Virus record (IMG/VR): IMGVR_UViG_3300009873_000003
Location: 1-64,000 of that record
Direction: 5' to 3' (one strand)
Source of the DNA: a virus
Taxonomy: Duplodnaviria; Caudoviricetes
Length of the DNA stretch: 64,000 nucleotides
Below the pieces are notes generated by a model. It had not been told where the DNA came from and searched no databases. It worked only from the letters and a program-made list of their open reading frames with translations. Position 1 is the stretch's first letter. Each line of letters starts with the position of its first letter. This document shows, piece by piece, positions 49,271 through 58,968 of the stretch. The position numbers were made by a program, and so were the translations under genes.

Positions 49271-51056
49271 GCACTTGGCACTATTGGTCTTGTTATTTAT
49301 CTCATCTACACTTGTGGTAGCGGCCCAAACACCCTACCCAACAGCAACACCCTACCCAACAGCAACTTATTATCCGACACAAGAACCATACCCGACAGCA
49401 ACTTATTATCCGACGCCTTACCCAACATATCCATTAGCCACAGCAACTGGGACGAGCACACCGACTATAGAACCAACAGCAACACCAACGTGGGTGCTGG
49501 TTCCAACACTAACACCAACACTAACACCAACACTAACACCAACACTAACGCCAACACTAACACTAACACTAACACTAACACCAACACTAACACCAACACT
49601 AACGCCAACACTAACACTAACACTAACGCCAACACTAACGCCAACATTGACACCAACATTGACACCAACATTGACACCAACATTGACTCCAACGCTGACT
49701 CCAACACTTTGCGCTATAACGAGTTCCCATCCTGGTACGCATTTTAGTCGTTGGTGGAGTGGTCCTGGCGTGGTATCAGGAGTCGGTGGTGGCGACCCAG
49801 GACCAAATCTCAACAATGTTTTTAACACAGTTGACGACTACGGGATGCCTTATCGCTTATCTGCTGCACCCAACCTCGTGCGTTGGTTAACTGGCGCTGG
49901 TTTTGGCACAACTTCCAGTGGTTTAGCGACAATTAGTGAGGCGTGGATTATAGTTCCTGTCGGTGTGACGAGTCTATCAATCAGACAAGTTAATCACGGC
50001 ACTGTGACGCTAGGTTTCTACGCAGGACCATCTCTGGAAACTGCAACAAGACTATCCTGGAATGCCTACAACGGAACATTGACGATAAATGACTTAAGCA
50101 GTTATCCAGAGCTTTGCGGTCAAAAGATTGTATATGTCCGTGGGTACACCGCCGATGGGTATAATGTCACAGGTCAGTGGTTTCATTGGGACTTGGGGAA
50201 TGGGTTTGTCGTTGTTCCTAACTCAAACCTTCATGGCACCAACCCCATTGATGATTCCTATCCATCGTTATCACCAACCTTAACGCCAACACCGACAGCA
50301 ACAGCGACAAGCACACCAACGTGGGTGCTTGTTCCGACCCCAACGTTGACTCCAACAGAAACCCCAACGTTGACGCCAACATTGACACCAACATTGACAC
50401 CAACGTTGACTCCAACGTTGACTCCAACGTTGACTCCAACGTTGACTCCAACGTTGATTCCAACGTTGACTCCAACGTTGACTCCAACGTTGATTCCAAC
50501 AGAGACGCCAACGTTGATTCCAACAGAGACGCCAACGTTGACGCCAACGTTGACACCAACGTTGACACCAACAGAGACTCCGACGTTGACTCCGACGTTG
50601 ACTCCAACGTTGACACCAACGTTGATTCCAACAGAGACGCCAACGCTAACACCAACGCCTGTGACTATGCTCTACAATATTGGAACAAACTATGGCAGTC
50701 ACTGGAGCAAGAGCGGTAATGTTGGAATTTCAGCGACCGAGGCTGTCTACTCTAGTGGCAATTCTGTTGTTAACGGTGTTGTTTGGCAAGACATCTGGAC
50801 AGGCGTAGGGAAGGCGTACACACTTAAGTTTACTTTAACATCGATTGGATGTCTTAGCAGTTCTGGTATCGCAAGAGTAAAAGTGACTGTCGAGAATCTG
50901 ACTACCGGACAGATAGTTACAACAGTTGATAAGACGACTGTCACGACAAATAATACATTGACTTTCACAGGCGTTGGCTCGATTAGAATTCAATTCAGCG
51001 ACATTACACTCAATACAAACAATTGTGATTTAGTTTTATCAAACGTGCAATTTTAG
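49257..51056 (+). CDS. secreted protein with two TPTL stalks and globular domains
   Basis: Signal peptide; PYPTAT and (TPTL)n repeats. Confidence 0.75.
   Translation: MATIKHLALLVLLFISSTLVVAAQTPYPTATPYPTATYYPTQEPYPTATYYPTPYPTYPLATATGTSTPTIEPTATPTWVLVPTLTPTLTPTLTPTLTPTLTLTLTLTPTLTPTLTPTLTLTLTPTLTPTLTPTLTPTLTPTLTPTLTPTLCAITSSHPGTHFSRWWSGPGVVSGVGGGDPGPNLNNVFNTVDDYGMPYRLSAAPNLVRWLTGAGFGTTSSGLATISEAWIIVPVGVTSLSIRQVNHGTVTLGFYAGPSLETATRLSWNAYNGTLTINDLSSYPELCGQKIVYVRGYTADGYNVTGQWFHWDLGNGFVVVPNSNLHGTNPIDDSYPSLSPTLTPTPTATATSTPTWVLVPTPTLTPTETPTLTPTLTPTLTPTLTPTLTPTLTPTLTPTLIPTLTPTLTPTLIPTETPTLIPTETPTLTPTLTPTLTPTETPTLTPTLTPTLTPTLIPTETPTLTPTPVTMLYNIGTNYGSHWSKSGNVGISATEAVYSSGNSVVNGVVWQDIWTGVGKAYTLKFTLTSIGCLSSSGIARVKVTVENLTTGQIVTTVDKTTVTTNNTLTFTGVGSIRIQFSDITLNTNNCDLVLSNVQF
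49503..49707. repeat. 12-bp/6-bp coding minisatellite (TPTL/TL)
   Basis: CCAACACTAACA-type units. Confidence 0.9.
50336..50660. repeat. 12-bp coding minisatellite (TPTL/IPTE)
   Basis: CCAACGTTGACT-type units. Confidence 0.9.
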
Positions 51057-51157
51057 TCTGTTATATTTCTACAACTTGAACAGCAGTCAGTATCGAATGT
51101 ATAATTGAGACGTCATCAATGCTGTCTACTTTGTTCCTGACGTAAGAAGGCAAAAAT

Positions 51158-51871
51158 ATGAGTGTAACGGTGCGTGACAAAATGGTTGAATTGAGTGATT
51201 TACTAAAACAAGATGAGAGCAAAGTCTTGAAGAAAATCTTTGAGTCAATGTTCGACTTGGTTTTCATTGTTGATAAAGAATTTAATATTCTGCAAGCCTC
51301 ACCTTCGATTAGAGTTTTAGGCTACACACCTAGCGAAGTCGAGCTTAAAAGCATCTTCATCTTGGCTAATGACAATGCTGTCATGAATAAGGTGTTCGAT
51401 AATCCAAGCAATGGGCATAAATTTGTTGAAATTGTGCCGTTGATGAACAAGAACAAAGAAATCGTTCACTACGAGTTCTTCTGCACGCTGATGAAAATTG
51501 ATGAAGAAGATTTCTTCATCGTCATTGCGTCAGATGTCAGTGCGAAACTGTTAGCAGAAAGTGAACTTAAAAAGCATTCTGAAAATATTGAAGCAGAACT
51601 AAAACAAGAGCGACAGTTTCGGCTAGACCAAGATAAAACAACGCTTCAGAAAACCATCACCAAGTGGCTGATTTTTCTGATTGGTTTTCTAATAATGATT
51701 CCATACGTTGGTGGAGCAATCTTCAATCTACCATCAGAATGGACAAATTCGACTTTCAATGTTCTGTTAATGGTTGTTGGTTCGTTGGCCGTCGCTGTCT
51801 CTAGTATTTTTAACACGAAGCAAGCAGAGACGAACAGTAACAGTAATAACACAGTTGAGATTAAGAAGTAG
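51158..51871 (+). CDS. PAS domain + coiled coil + 2 C-terminal TM protein
   Basis: IFESMFDLVFIVDKE..I..ASPS..VLGYTPSEV...DVS. Confidence 0.7.
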   Translation: MSVTVRDKMVELSDLLKQDESKVLKKIFESMFDLVFIVDKEFNILQASPSIRVLGYTPSEVELKSIFILANDNAVMNKVFDNPSNGHKFVEIVPLMNKNKEIVHYEFFCTLMKIDEEDFFIVIASDVSAKLLAESELKKHSENIEAELKQERQFRLDQDKTTLQKTITKWLIFLIGFLIMIPYVGGAIFNLPSEWTNSTFNVLLMVVGSLAVAVSSIFNTKQAETNSNSNNTVEIKK

Positions 51872-51879
51872 GAGTTATC

Positions 51880-52125
51880 ATGCAAGAGTTTCAGAATCTA
51901 GATTTAAAAATTGATAAGGACAAGGTTAGTGTCAAGAATCCTTTAGCGAGCAAGACAATCATCGCTAACGCACTAGTTCTAGTCTTGACTTTCATCTCTG
52001 TCGTCAGTCCAGAAGCACTAAACATTGACCCCAAAGTCTTACTCATCGCTAGTGCTTTCATCAACATTGCGCTAAGATTTGTGACTAGCGAAAGAATTGC
52101 CTTTGGTGTTGAAGATGAAAACTAA
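51880..52125 (+). CDS. holin-like 2-TM protein
   Basis: SKTIIAN...INIALRFVT motif. Confidence 0.6.
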   Translation: MQEFQNLDLKIDKDKVSVKNPLASKTIIANALVLVLTFISVVSPEALNIDPKVLLIASAFINIALRFVTSERIAFGVEDEN

Positions 52126-52477
52126 GCTCTATCACTATAAAGCTAAAGTTAACAGAGTGATTGATGGTGACACGATTGACGTTGAAATCGATGTTGGTTT
52201 CAACTTCTGGTTGCATAATGTCAAGGTAAGATTCGCTAGAATAAATGCTCCAGAAACTAAAGGTCAGAGTAAAGAGTTTGGTTTAGTCACTAAAACCTAT
52301 GTCACTAGCCTAATTGAACATGAGACTGTGATTCTACATGTCCTAAAAACTGATGATAAATATGGCAGAATTTTAGCCGATGTCTACTATCACAACGTCG
52401 AGACCGACACTTGGATTAATCTAAATCAAGAACTTGTTGAAAAGAATCTTGCCATTCCATTCATGACAGAGATATAG
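52115..52477 (+). CDS. thermonuclease (SNase family)
   Basis: RVIDGDTIDV, RFARINAPE, DKYGRILA. Confidence 0.9.
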   Translation: MKTKLYHYKAKVNRVIDGDTIDVEIDVGFNFWLHNVKVRFARINAPETKGQSKEFGLVTKTYVTSLIEHETVILHVLKTDDKYGRILADVYYHNVETDTWINLNQELVEKNLAIPFMTEI

Positions 52478-52481
52478 AAAG

Positions 52482-53201
52482 ATGAACTACTATCGAACGC
52501 TAACTGAACTAAATATTAGAGACAAGCCAAATGGTCAATGGCTAGGTACAATGCGACCTGAAACCATCGCCTACGCTCTAGCAGAACCTATCCAACTTAG
52601 TGAAACTTGGTGGGTTAATGTGTTCGCCTATGACACTCATGGCATTTGGATTAATGGGTTTAGTGCAATAAGTCAAGCTGATACTGTGTTCATGGAGGCA
52701 TTTGTACCACATGTTAAGCTAGGCAATCCTTATCGTGGTGAAACGCATGTAACACAACTGTTTGGCGAAAACCCAGCGATGTATCAATCTACATTCCCTG
52801 GTCTTGGCCTAATGTTTCATAATGGCATCGATTTCTCTGGTTTACAGAATACGCAAATCTATAGCGTTGCACCAGGCGTTGTTGAAGTAGGTTTTGACGC
52901 TAGAGGCTATGGTCACTTCGTTAAAATCACTGGCGCAACACTAACAATCGTCTATGCTCATATGCGAGACCTACAAGTGAATTCCAATCAGTATATTGAA
53001 CCTGGTACATTGATAGGCTTTGAGAGTAATTCAGGTGGTGAACATTATGGCATGGGAAAACACTTGCATATTGAAGTTAGAAACAAAAACCTTTATAATT
53101 ACGATAACGGAGCACTAGGGAGAATAGATTTACTGCCTTATCTTGATTGGAGCAACATCACTTTCCCTAACTACTGCTCTATTCTAAACACGTTCAAATG
53201 A
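52482..53201 (+). CDS. M23 peptidase with SH3-like N-terminus
   Basis: HNGIDF, GYG..V, YAH and HLHIE motifs. Confidence 0.85.
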   Translation: MNYYRTLTELNIRDKPNGQWLGTMRPETIAYALAEPIQLSETWWVNVFAYDTHGIWINGFSAISQADTVFMEAFVPHVKLGNPYRGETHVTQLFGENPAMYQSTFPGLGLMFHNGIDFSGLQNTQIYSVAPGVVEVGFDARGYGHFVKITGATLTIVYAHMRDLQVNSNQYIEPGTLIGFESNSGGEHYGMGKHLHIEVRNKNLYNYDNGALGRIDLLPYLDWSNITFPNYCSILNTFK

Positions 53202-53216
53202 CAGAGGCTAATTGAC

Positions 53217-53891
53217 ATGAAAGTTAAAGATTGGGATTTGATTGAAACAGCTATTGAACTTCATTTAGCAAAGAAAGATTCAACAGCGTTAGTCCTACTA
53301 AAAGAAGCGTTAGACTTTTCTGATGAAGTTGGTTGCGCTAAAAATTGCTGTTCTAATCAAGCAGAAACAGAAGCGAAAAACAACGTTGAGAGCGAAGCGA
53401 AAAACAACGTTGAGAGCGAAGCGAAAAACAACGTTGAGAGCGAAGCGAAAAACTATGGCTTGAATAACTATTCTGACGCTGACGACCCACGAGACGCTCA
53501 AACAGCTAGAAGTCACATTGCTGACAAATCAGTTCATCTGATTGTGCACACTAAACCAGAAAGAAAATATAAACTTCACTCTGTTCGTTCTGTTGGTGAT
53601 GCTGATGGTAATGGCGGACGGCATGTTGCTAAAGTCAGAGTTCCTTCAAGTTTTAGTGGTCAAGTTGTTCTAGCTACTGGTTACAATGGCAATCCAGATA
53701 AATTTGATGACCAAATTCCACACTCTGTTGGTCAAGAGGTTGTCATTGACGGTAAATTCAAACTACCAGCATTAGGTCCGCTCGCTATCTTTCTAAAAGA
53801 GAACGGAAAAATTGTTTCTGATGTTGTCGGTAACATCGGCTTACCAGATGGATTGCACTTCTCGTTTAATCTTGATTTTTCTGAACGCTAA
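53217..53891 (+). CDS. hypothetical protein with EAKNNVES x3 repeat
   Basis: 24-bp tandem repeat at ~53370-53453. Confidence 0.65.
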   Translation: MKVKDWDLIETAIELHLAKKDSTALVLLKEALDFSDEVGCAKNCCSNQAETEAKNNVESEAKNNVESEAKNNVESEAKNYGLNNYSDADDPRDAQTARSHIADKSVHLIVHTKPERKYKLHSVRSVGDADGNGGRHVAKVRVPSSFSGQVVLATGYNGNPDKFDDQIPHSVGQEVVIDGKFKLPALGPLAIFLKENGKIVSDVVGNIGLPDGLHFSFNLDFSER

Positions 53892-53908
53892 CAATTTGTC
53901 TGCTAACT

Positions 53909-53959
53909 AAAAAAAAAGACTTGAAAGCTAGATTAGATAGCTCTCAAGTCTTTCTTTTT
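53909..53959. terminator. bidirectional terminator
   Basis: AAAGACTTGAAAGCTA/TAGCTCTCAAGTCTTT with A and T tracts. Confidence 0.8.
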
Positions 53960-54052
53960 AGGCTTATTCTCAAACGCCCGCTCGCTCTTTTTAAAAAAGA
54001 GTGAAAACCGTTATTACCTCTATCGCTTGAGGCTCTCGACAAAGTCTCAATC

Positions 54053-54081
54053 ATTCTAACATACTGATTTGCGTTTGTCAA
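54053..54081 (-). promoter_or_regulatory. sigma70 promoter (leftward)
   Basis: TTGACA-17-TAGAAT with TG. Confidence 0.75.
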
Positions 54082-54144
54082 GCTTTCTCGCAGAACCCAC
54101 TAACTCGTGTGAAAGCTTTTTTAAAATGAGTTCTGCGAAAACAC

Positions 54145-54173
54145 TTGACAAGAGTTAAAAGTCGTGATATAAT
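54145..54173 (+). promoter_or_regulatory. consensus sigma70 promoter
   Basis: TTGACA-17-TATAAT with TG. Confidence 0.9.
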
Positions 54174-54179
54174 ATCAGC

Positions 54180-54290
54180 ATCTTCAAACGTTAGAGCACG
54201 TTCGACTTCAGCTTGCCTGTTTGAAGACTACGTCAAAAAGTCCAAACACAAAAAACGACTTAGAGAAATCAATCTCTAAGTCGTTTTTTT
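54180..54290 (+). ncRNA. putative structured small RNA, copy 1
   Basis: Consensus promoter, no ORF, TCTTCAAAC/GTTTGAAGA stem, terminator 54250-54290; homolog at 61784. Confidence 0.7.
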
Positions 54291-54307
54291 GCGTTCTTTC
54301 GCTGCTT

Positions 54308-54634
54308 CTAGAGAAAAACAGACAGCAAGAATTTTAGAACAACTTTCGTTTCAAACATAGATAGCACTATCTCAACGTGGTTGATGTTAAGGTAGAAGTC
54401 GTTGTCTGTTCTTTCTAGTTCGATTGTGACTCGATTAATTTCGATGGTTCGCTTGTCAGACGATTCGTTAGATTCAATCAAAGTGAAGAAGACAGTTCTT
54501 AGCAATTCTAAATCTGCTGATGCGAACAGATAGAAGCGAAAACGCACAGTTTCAGAACAGATGTCAATGTTCAACTTATCAGGTTCTGATGTTAACAGTA
54601 AAAAGTCATCTTGTTTAGTGATTTCTAATTCCAA
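54308..54634 (-). CDS. hypothetical protein
   Basis: GGAGG RBS. Confidence 0.6.
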   Translation of the reverse strand: MELEITKQDDFLLLTSEPDKLNIDICSETVRFRFYLFASADLELLRTVFFTLIESNESSDKRTIEINRVTIELERTDNDFYLNINHVEIVLSMFETKVVLKFLLSVFL

Positions 54635-54794
54635 AGTTCAGCCTCCAAAGTACATAGACAGGAATAACGACAGTGAGCAGATAGAAGACAATGATTTGTG
54701 TTGCGCTAACTTGCTTGACGTTGTCTCCAATGATTTCCAACACTTTGTCAACATAGACGAAAATCACAACAACCTTGATTAGCAACTCTAGCAT
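54615..54794 (-). CDS. 59-aa 2-TM protein
   Basis: MLELLIKVVVIFVY... fills the operon gap. Confidence 0.5.
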   Translation of the reverse strand: MLELLIKVVVIFVYVDKVLEIIGDNVKQVSATQIIVFYLLTVVIPVYVLWRLNFGIRNH

Positions 54795-55102
54795 AACTCT
54801 GTCCAGAATTTATAGAACAAAAGACTTGCTTCATTGTCGAGCACAATTGACATATCATTCACGCTGACACGATAAGTATAAGCGTCAGCGAGCGAAATGT
54901 CAAACGCTTGTCCATTGACGATGAAGCTTTCATGTTCTAGCACGCTGTCTAACGCTTGTCTAAAACTACTCACAGTCTCTGGAATGTTGGCTAAGGCAAA
55001 GTTTTGTTCTGTCGTTGCTGTCTGAAACAGAACATAGAAACATTGCGTTCCAACTTGAATTGTCAACGCTTCACACTCAGTGCAGAATTTAAACGTTATC
55101 AA
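54788..55102 (-). CDS. hypothetical protein
   Basis: Probable TTG start overlapping the end of the 55089 gene. Confidence 0.5.
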   Translation of the reverse strand: MITFKFCTECEALTIQVGTQCFYVLFQTATTEQNFALANIPETVSSFRQALDSVLEHESFIVNGQAFDISLADAYTYRVSVNDMSIVLDNEASLLFYKFWTELC

Positions 55103-56648
55103 ACAGCACACCGTCCCAGTCTTCACAAGCCCAAACAATCGAATTGCCTTGCACATCTGCTTCAACAACGCCTGTCGCATCAAAATAGCCAGCGAAATTG
55201 ACAATTTCTGGTTTGTCGTAGCAAGCTGAAATGTTCGTCACAACATTGCCTGATTCGCTCGACTCCATCACAGAAATGAAACTCTTGCCACCGTCTGCGC
55301 TCATCCAAAGCATGTTTATGCCGTGAAAGTTAGTTGCAGCATAAACGATGTCACCATCAACATTCTCTAGTGCTGTCACTGTGCCTAAAATGTTAGCAGA
55401 GCGTTGTACATTCCCTTGACAAACATAGTAGAGGTCATCTTCAACAGCCGCCAGAAACGAGCAGCAAGAGATAGCTTCAACGTGATGCACAATCCCTGCG
55501 CCATTGTTTAGATAGTAAGTTTGCGCAAGCTTTGTGTCGAGGTCTAGTTGTAAAACTCTACCATTGTTTGCAGAGATGAACGCTGTCGAGCAGTCGTCAC
55601 AAATGCTAACATCAGTGTACGAAATGCCTGTCAATGGCAACGTTCTGTTGCGCAAGACTTCATAAGTCTTTGTCGCAGTGTTGTAGAGCACAATGTTCGT
55701 GTCACCAACTAATACAACAATTTGTTCGCAACCGTCAGCAGAAATGAGCCTCTCTCCTGTCGGCAATACTGTTGACGGAATTGTGACTAAACTCGCACCA
55801 AGCGTTGAGCGAATTGTTGAGCCGAAGTTCCCATTCAGATTGACATAGTTAAAGCTCGTCCCATTTCCACCCTGCATGACGTTGCGATTAACAGGTGTAG
55901 CGCAGTCAATTTCATCACAGAAGGCTAAGCTGAACACCCGCCAAACATTCCCATCTGTGCGATAGAGAATTCTTGGCTTGACGCATTCAGCAGCACAACC
56001 ACAGTCTGTGTTACATTTAGCTAATTGAACTAAAAATGTTCCTGATGTGTTTGGACATAGACAGCAACTTGTGTCGCACGTCGTGAAACTGTCAATGATA
56101 GGACCATCAGCAAGGATAGTAGCGACACTTAGCGTAGGTTTGGGTGCAGTGAAGGCGTACATGGTCTCAAAGTTGAAATCAACCGTTTCTGTCACAACAC
56201 CTTGTTCTGATTCTTGCTTAGCAAAGATGTTAGTCAGACTATAGTTCGTCACTTCAATATTTTGCAGCACAATGATGCGTTCAAACTGCGCAAAAACACT
56301 TGGGTCGGTGCAACGCCCAATGTGAATCTGAGCGTCGAACAGACAGCCTTGCTGGTAGAGTTCCTCTAACACACTATTGCCTAAGCTATAGTTTGTCGAG
56401 AATGAACCTGAACCACTTTCTTCTTTCGTTTTGATTTCAGTCACAATGTCGAAACTGTCGTAGCTCGTTGGCGAAGGACAATAGATTTTCTGTCGCTCCG
56501 CCTTACTCTTACTCAAGTCACCTACACTAATGCAAGAATGATAGGTGTAGTCTGAACAGCAGCAGTTCGATTGTGCACGCTTGAGAAAAAGTCTCGTCTG
56601 ATTGTTAATCACAACGTCGGAATTCTTTCTTCTTTTTAATCTTGCCAT
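55089..56648 (-). CDS. tail tube-like N-domain + propeller protein (paralog 3, Cys-rich)
   Basis: YHSC, IYCPSP..YD.F, GCLFDAQIHIGRC.DP; SADGGKSF. Confidence 0.55.
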   Translation of the reverse strand: MARLKRRKNSDVVINNQTRLFLKRAQSNCCCSDYTYHSCISVGDLSKSKAERQKIYCPSPTSYDSFDIVTEIKTKEESGSGSFSTNYSLGNSVLEELYQQGCLFDAQIHIGRCTDPSVFAQFERIIVLQNIEVTNYSLTNIFAKQESEQGVVTETVDFNFETMYAFTAPKPTLSVATILADGPIIDSFTTCDTSCCLCPNTSGTFLVQLAKCNTDCGCAAECVKPRILYRTDGNVWRVFSLAFCDEIDCATPVNRNVMQGGNGTSFNYVNLNGNFGSTIRSTLGASLVTIPSTVLPTGERLISADGCEQIVVLVGDTNIVLYNTATKTYEVLRNRTLPLTGISYTDVSICDDCSTAFISANNGRVLQLDLDTKLAQTYYLNNGAGIVHHVEAISCCSFLAAVEDDLYYVCQGNVQRSANILGTVTALENVDGDIVYAATNFHGINMLWMSADGGKSFISVMESSESGNVVTNISACYDKPEIVNFAGYFDATGVVEADVQGNSIVWACEDWDGVLFDNV

Positions 56649-57401
56649 TTACTTATATTCCCATAGATAATCGGGAGTAGTTGCCGTCCCACCGAACCAA
56701 AAACCTGTGCCGCAATTCCAAGGACCGTTAGCAGCAACCCACGTCAATGCTTCAGCATCTGTCGGATTATTGCTGTCTGCGAACGCTGTGCTAGGAATCG
56801 CTTGATAGGTTAGACACTCATCTGTGGCTAACACACAGAAAGTTTGCTGGAAAGAGTTCGTATTTCCGTTACTATCCGTCACTGTCAACGTCACTGTATA
56901 AGAACCAGCTTGTGAGACTGTGAACGTTGGGTTAGGTGATGTCGTGCTTGAGAACGTCAACGTTCCAGGTCCGGAAGCAGTCCAAGCGTGTGTTAGTGTC
57001 ACACCGTCTTGCGTTGATGTTGACGAGTTGCCATTCAACGAACCGCCCAAAGGTGTTGTCGTGTAGGAAAAGAGGGCAACAGGCAATGGCGTGCCAACAG
57101 CGACACTAAAGTCAATGCCAGCCGCTGTGACAGCGATTATCACACTACCATCTGTCGATGTGAGATTGACAACTTCGTTGCAGCAAATGTCCTGCGAACC
57201 AGAAACTGAACTAAATCTTAAACAACAGCTTCCTTGCGTTGTCCAGTTGGCACTATTGCAAGGGTCCGCTCCTGTCAAAACCCAAATTGAGCCATCCGCA
57301 CCAACAAACGTCGAACCAGGCTGAGCAGAGCTTAGACAAGTGACGGCACAATTAGGAATGTTGAAAACGTCTGAGCTAAAATTACTCTGACAGCACGCCA
57401 T
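56649..57401 (-). CDS. Cys-rich PKD-domain virion protein
   Basis: MACCQ start; AGSYTVTLTVTD. Confidence 0.65.
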   Translation of the reverse strand: MACCQSNFSSDVFNIPNCAVTCLSSAQPGSTFVGADGSIWVLTGADPCNSANWTTQGSCCLRFSSVSGSQDICCNEVVNLTSTDGSVIIAVTAAGIDFSVAVGTPLPVALFSYTTTPLGGSLNGNSSTSTQDGVTLTHAWTASGPGTLTFSSTTSPNPTFTVSQAGSYTVTLTVTDSNGNTNSFQQTFCVLATDECLTYQAIPSTAFADSNNPTDAEALTWVAANGPWNCGTGFWFGGTATTPDYLWEYK

Positions 57402-57723
57402 CGTCATCACCTCCTAACATTTGTTCAGAATAGATGTAGAACTCTGCGACGTCTAAGCGTTCGTCTTTCTCGCTTTCTGCTTCAACCTCGCTAACTAGAT
57501 TTTCATATTCAATATCGTCAAGCACATCTTCAGGCCCAAGTAGGAACTTCTGAAACTCACCATAAGTGTCATTCGTGACAGGTTCAAGGAACCCAGCGTT
57601 CACTGTCTGCTCTTGGCCTGGGACTAACGCAACTCGACTAAACTTATTCGCTTCTCCCCATCCTAAAACTGGAAGATAGGAGATTCGCTTCTCTGCTCTA
57701 TCTAAAAACTTTGCAATTATCAT
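57382..57723 (-). CDS. acidic hypothetical protein
   Basis: Coupled ORF. Confidence 0.6.
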   Translation of the reverse strand: MIIAKFLDRAEKRISYLPVLGWGEANKFSRVALVPGQEQTVNAGFLEPVTNDTYGEFQKFLLGPEDVLDDIEYENLVSEVEAESEKDERLDVAEFYIYSEQMLGGDDDGVLSE

Positions 57724-57725
57724 CT

Positions 57726-58166
57726 TCACTCCAAACAATTCGCTGAAATAAACACATAGAAATAGTTGTTATTATGTTCGTAGTAGCCGACACCAACCTC
57801 ATCCTGATTGTTAAAAAAACCGATGCCGAGTAGATGGTCGTGGTGCGCTGCACTATTTCTTAAACGTTCGTAGGCATCTGTGACTGTCTGCGAACCAACT
57901 GCAATCGATTCAATCTGATTGCCATTGTCCGCAAACCCTGTCTTACATCCAAAATCAGCAGCCAGTTTATTTGAACAATAACCGTTAATACAATGCGCCA
58001 CAATGCCCGTCTCAGCCATTAACTTAGCTTTGTAGTTTGCAGCGTTGACTAAACGTTCGTCTAAACGCATCACTGGCCGCTGTTGCTCAATATCAGCAGA
58101 CCAGACCTCGTAGCCCTGCTGCTGAACCGATAGTAACATCAAAATGAGCGGTAGCATTAGTTTCAT
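57726..58166 (-). CDS. secreted CAP (SCP) domain protein
   Basis: L..AA..KA..MA.....H, E.IA, S..H...LL, VGVGY. Confidence 0.75.
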   Translation of the reverse strand: MKLMLPLILMLLSVQQQGYEVWSADIEQQRPVMRLDERLVNAANYKAKLMAETGIVAHCINGYCSNKLAADFGCKTGFADNGNQIESIAVGSQTVTDAYERLRNSAAHHDHLLGIGFFNNQDEVGVGYYEHNNNYFYVFISANCLE

Positions 58167-58202
58167 TATAACGGTTTTCCTTACTTAATCAAGTTCTAGT
58201 TC

Positions 58203-58254
58203 GTCAAGCTTTCATGCGTGAAAGCTTGACAAATTATACCGCATGTGCTATGCT
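58203..58254 (+). promoter_or_regulatory. palindrome overlapping a sigma70 promoter
   Basis: GTCAAGCTTTCA-TGCG-TGAAAGCTTGAC; TTGACA-17-TATGCT. Confidence 0.7.
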
Positions 58255-58305
58255 TTCAGCAATAAAAACATCAAGAAAAGCTTGTTAAAAAGAAAGTGTT
58301 AAACA

Positions 58306-58968
58306 ATGTACGTAGAATTCACAAATTTTCTAAATGAGCGTGACTTGAACCTAGAACTGCTGTTTAGCTACGGCTCGCAGGTCTATAATCTAGATAATGC
58401 GTCGAGTGACTATGACTTGATGGCTGTCGTGTCGCAGCAACCAGACACCTACCTTGGACTGCACGATGCGAATCGGTCTTGGGGTCACTTCACGCACGAC
58501 AACGTCACTGTGCAATTTCTTGATTTGAAACGCTTCTATCAGCTTGCCGAAAGTAGCAATTTCACGCTCTATGTTGGACTGCGGAATTTGACCTTCACTG
58601 CACCCTTGCAGCTACCGAACCCTCGCACGTTTAGCTTGCGCAAGCTTGCACATCATTGTCTTGGTCTTGTCGATAACAAAAGTCAACGTCAGTATATGAA
58701 GGCATACAGCGCATTGTTCGTCATGTTTCTAGTGCAGAACGGGCATCATCCAGCAAGTCTTGACTATCGCTATCTACTAGACAATGTTCGCTCTGTTCCT
58801 GACAATGTGAAACGGCTGCTCGAACTTAAAAAGACAGGCGAGGCAAAACTCTCTGACGTTGCCGTAAACGCACCGTACACGCACGATGAAGTTAACTTTC
58901 TATCTGACGAAAAACACTCTTATAATGATTTCTGGCTTGATTGGCTGAAGGAGCGCTATGTCTTCTAG
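58306..58968 (+). CDS. Pol-beta superfamily nucleotidyltransferase
   Basis: YGSQVY.L....SDYD motif. Confidence 0.8.
   Translation: MYVEFTNFLNERDLNLELLFSYGSQVYNLDNASSDYDLMAVVSQQPDTYLGLHDANRSWGHFTHDNVTVQFLDLKRFYQLAESSNFTLYVGLRNLTFTAPLQLPNPRTFSLRKLAHHCLGLVDNKSQRQYMKAYSALFVMFLVQNGHHPASLDYRYLLDNVRSVPDNVKRLLELKKTGEAKLSDVAVNAPYTHDEVNFLSDEKHSYNDFWLDWLKERYVF

Noticed and set aside
49418-50719. Alternative-frame and antisense ORFs (NTNTN, VLVLV, STLE)
   Set aside because: Artefacts of stop-free minisatellites within the 49257 gene
54180-54245. tRNA or preQ1-I riboswitch (GTTCGA loop, A-rich tail)
   Set aside because: No cloverleaf or anticodon arm; the stem is much longer than in preQ1-I, and copy 1 has no downstream gene to regulate
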